Shown here piece after piece: positions 62,400 to 64,000 of a DNA stretch of 64,000 nt. Made by a program: the position numbers and the translations under genes. Source of the DNA: Octopus sinensis (Eukaryota); assembly GCF_006345805.1 (NCBI RefSeq), contig NC_043007.1, positions 4,092,001 through 4,156,000 on the forward strand, in the 5' to 3' direction. The first letter of the stretch is position 1. Each line of letters starts with the position of its first letter. The notes beneath the pieces are model-generated. The model worked only from the letters and a program-made list of their open reading frames with translations, had not been told where the DNA came from and made no database searches.

Positions 62400-64000
62400 T
62401 AAAATGAAATAAAAAAAGAAAAAGAATATAGAAGGAATGAGTTAAATAAATGGGCAAATGTAAATAGAAATGGGAAAAAAAGTGTGAGAGTAGAAAATAG
62501 GGAAGGTGAAAGGAAATAATTCATATAAGCATTCAAGACAAAAGGAGACAGATAAAAAGGAAGAACATGTCTAGATGTGAAAATTAGGATTAAATCAATG
62601 ACAATTAACAATAAAGTAAAAAAAAAAAAAAATTTTGGTGGCCACAGAAACTAATAAATATTGACTGAGAGTAGAGTCTGAAAAAAAAGAAAATTATGGG
62701 AAATTCCCAAACTAGAGAGATGAATGGAGATCAACAGATAAATTTTTCTTTTTAAGATGAAAACAAATGTGATATTAGAAGCTATGAGTAGAGTCAAGAA
62801 AAACAAGAGAATGTCTTTTGGGAGATTAAGGAAAGTATAACAAAGATTGAGAATGATAATTAAAAAAAAAAAAAAAGAATGTATGACACGGTATTAAAAG
62901 TGAAGGACAGTTTAGAAATTTTCTTTTAAATGATTTGGAAGGAAACCAGAAACATGATGAATGGTAAGGGTACTTGGAAAAGAAGGGTTGCAGTTGGAAC
63001 AGATAAAATGAAGGACTGTTAAAAGAATTGAAAGAATATTTTAAGAAATCAGGGAGTTTGAGATGGAGGATAGCAAACAGTAAATAAATGATTGGTGATA
63101 GAAGACAAGGTAGAAACATATACTTAAGTTTCAGAAAAAAGTGATGAAATCTGAATTAGATTGAAATTAAGTATAAGTTACATAAATAAAGGATGGAATC
63201 AGAAAAATAAAATGGAAGGCAAGTAAAGAGAGAGTAGATGAAAGGGAAAGGTATGGAAGATAAAGTGGAAAATGAATAGAAATAGGAATCAGAAATTAGG
63301 TAGATAAATTGGGAAGAGTGACTGATTCAGTTTTAAAAAATCTGACAGTAACAGAAGAGGTAGAAACATGGAGTAAAATTGAAGAAAAAAAGGAAAAGAG
63401 AAAGCAAAGAAAATGAAAGGAAAGCAGAGAAAGGAGTATGTAAATGGGGTAAGAGCAAATCAAAACTGTAATGAGTAAAAACAGCAATAGAAGACGGAGT
63501 AGAATTTGAGATTGGAGAAAAGAAAACTGAAAGAATTTGGATAGAGATCAAGAACATGGTAGATAAAATGGAGAAGAGGGAATGGAAAAGTATTTTTAAA
63601 AATTGGATAGCAATCAAAGATAGGGTAGAAAAATGGTGTATACATGTGTGTGTGTGTGTGTGTGTGTGCATATATGTGTATATACATACGTGTGTATGTG
63701 TGTGCACACACATAGAGTGAAAGAGATGGAGAAAGAGTTGAAGAAGAAAAGAAAAAACTGGATTAATAATTTTAAAAAATGAATAAGATTGAGAAAATTT
63801 TGAAGGATAAGAAATAAAGAAGGGTAAAATAGAAAATATTGAATTATAGGCAATATTTTTAGTGGCAAGAAATAAAAATAATGGAGTTGGGGAATGGAAG
63901 GTGGTTGATAAAGAAAAAAAAGAAAGTAAAAGCAAAATCAACTCTAGTTATTCTAAATGGTTAAGTAAATTTAAGGTAAAAGATGAAAACATGAAGGATG
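62400..64000. repeat. 1.6-kb purine-biased (A/G-rich) low-complexity region with (TG)n
   Basis: The plus strand is dominated by GAAA/AGAA/GGAA motifs, with TG/TA repeats at about 63640-63710. Confidence 0.7.

Overview
AT-rich eukaryotic (metazoan) genomic DNA that looks intergenic or deep-intronic. It is dense in microsatellites and decayed transposons. The repeat families and simple-repeat load resemble octopus/coleoid cephalopod genomes, which is an inference from memory and not a database result. I recognise no intact host gene, rRNA, functional tRNA or CRISPR array. Most listed ORFs are read-throughs of microsatellites or broken transposon frames. Recognisable coding remnants: mariner transposase (two), R4/Dong-type non-LTR elements (three), RTE LINEs (endonuclease, RT and many 3' ends), CR1/Jockey-type LINEs, an I-group-like endonuclease, a Ty3/Gypsy integrase and a Helentron Rep fragment. 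Non-autonomous elements: several tRNA-derived SINE families, a Helentron-associated element, and piggyBac-, hAT- and mariner-type MITEs with visible TIRs and TSDs. The most unusual item is a tRNA-headed SINE-like element (42912-43190) whose 3' half carries a minimal Penelope-type hammerhead ribozyme motif. Also notable: a variable-number hairpin minisatellite in the RTE 3' UTR, an unclassified young 209-bp retroposed insert with a 12-bp TSD, a 109-bp near-perfect hairpin, and a few low-confidence candidate exons.
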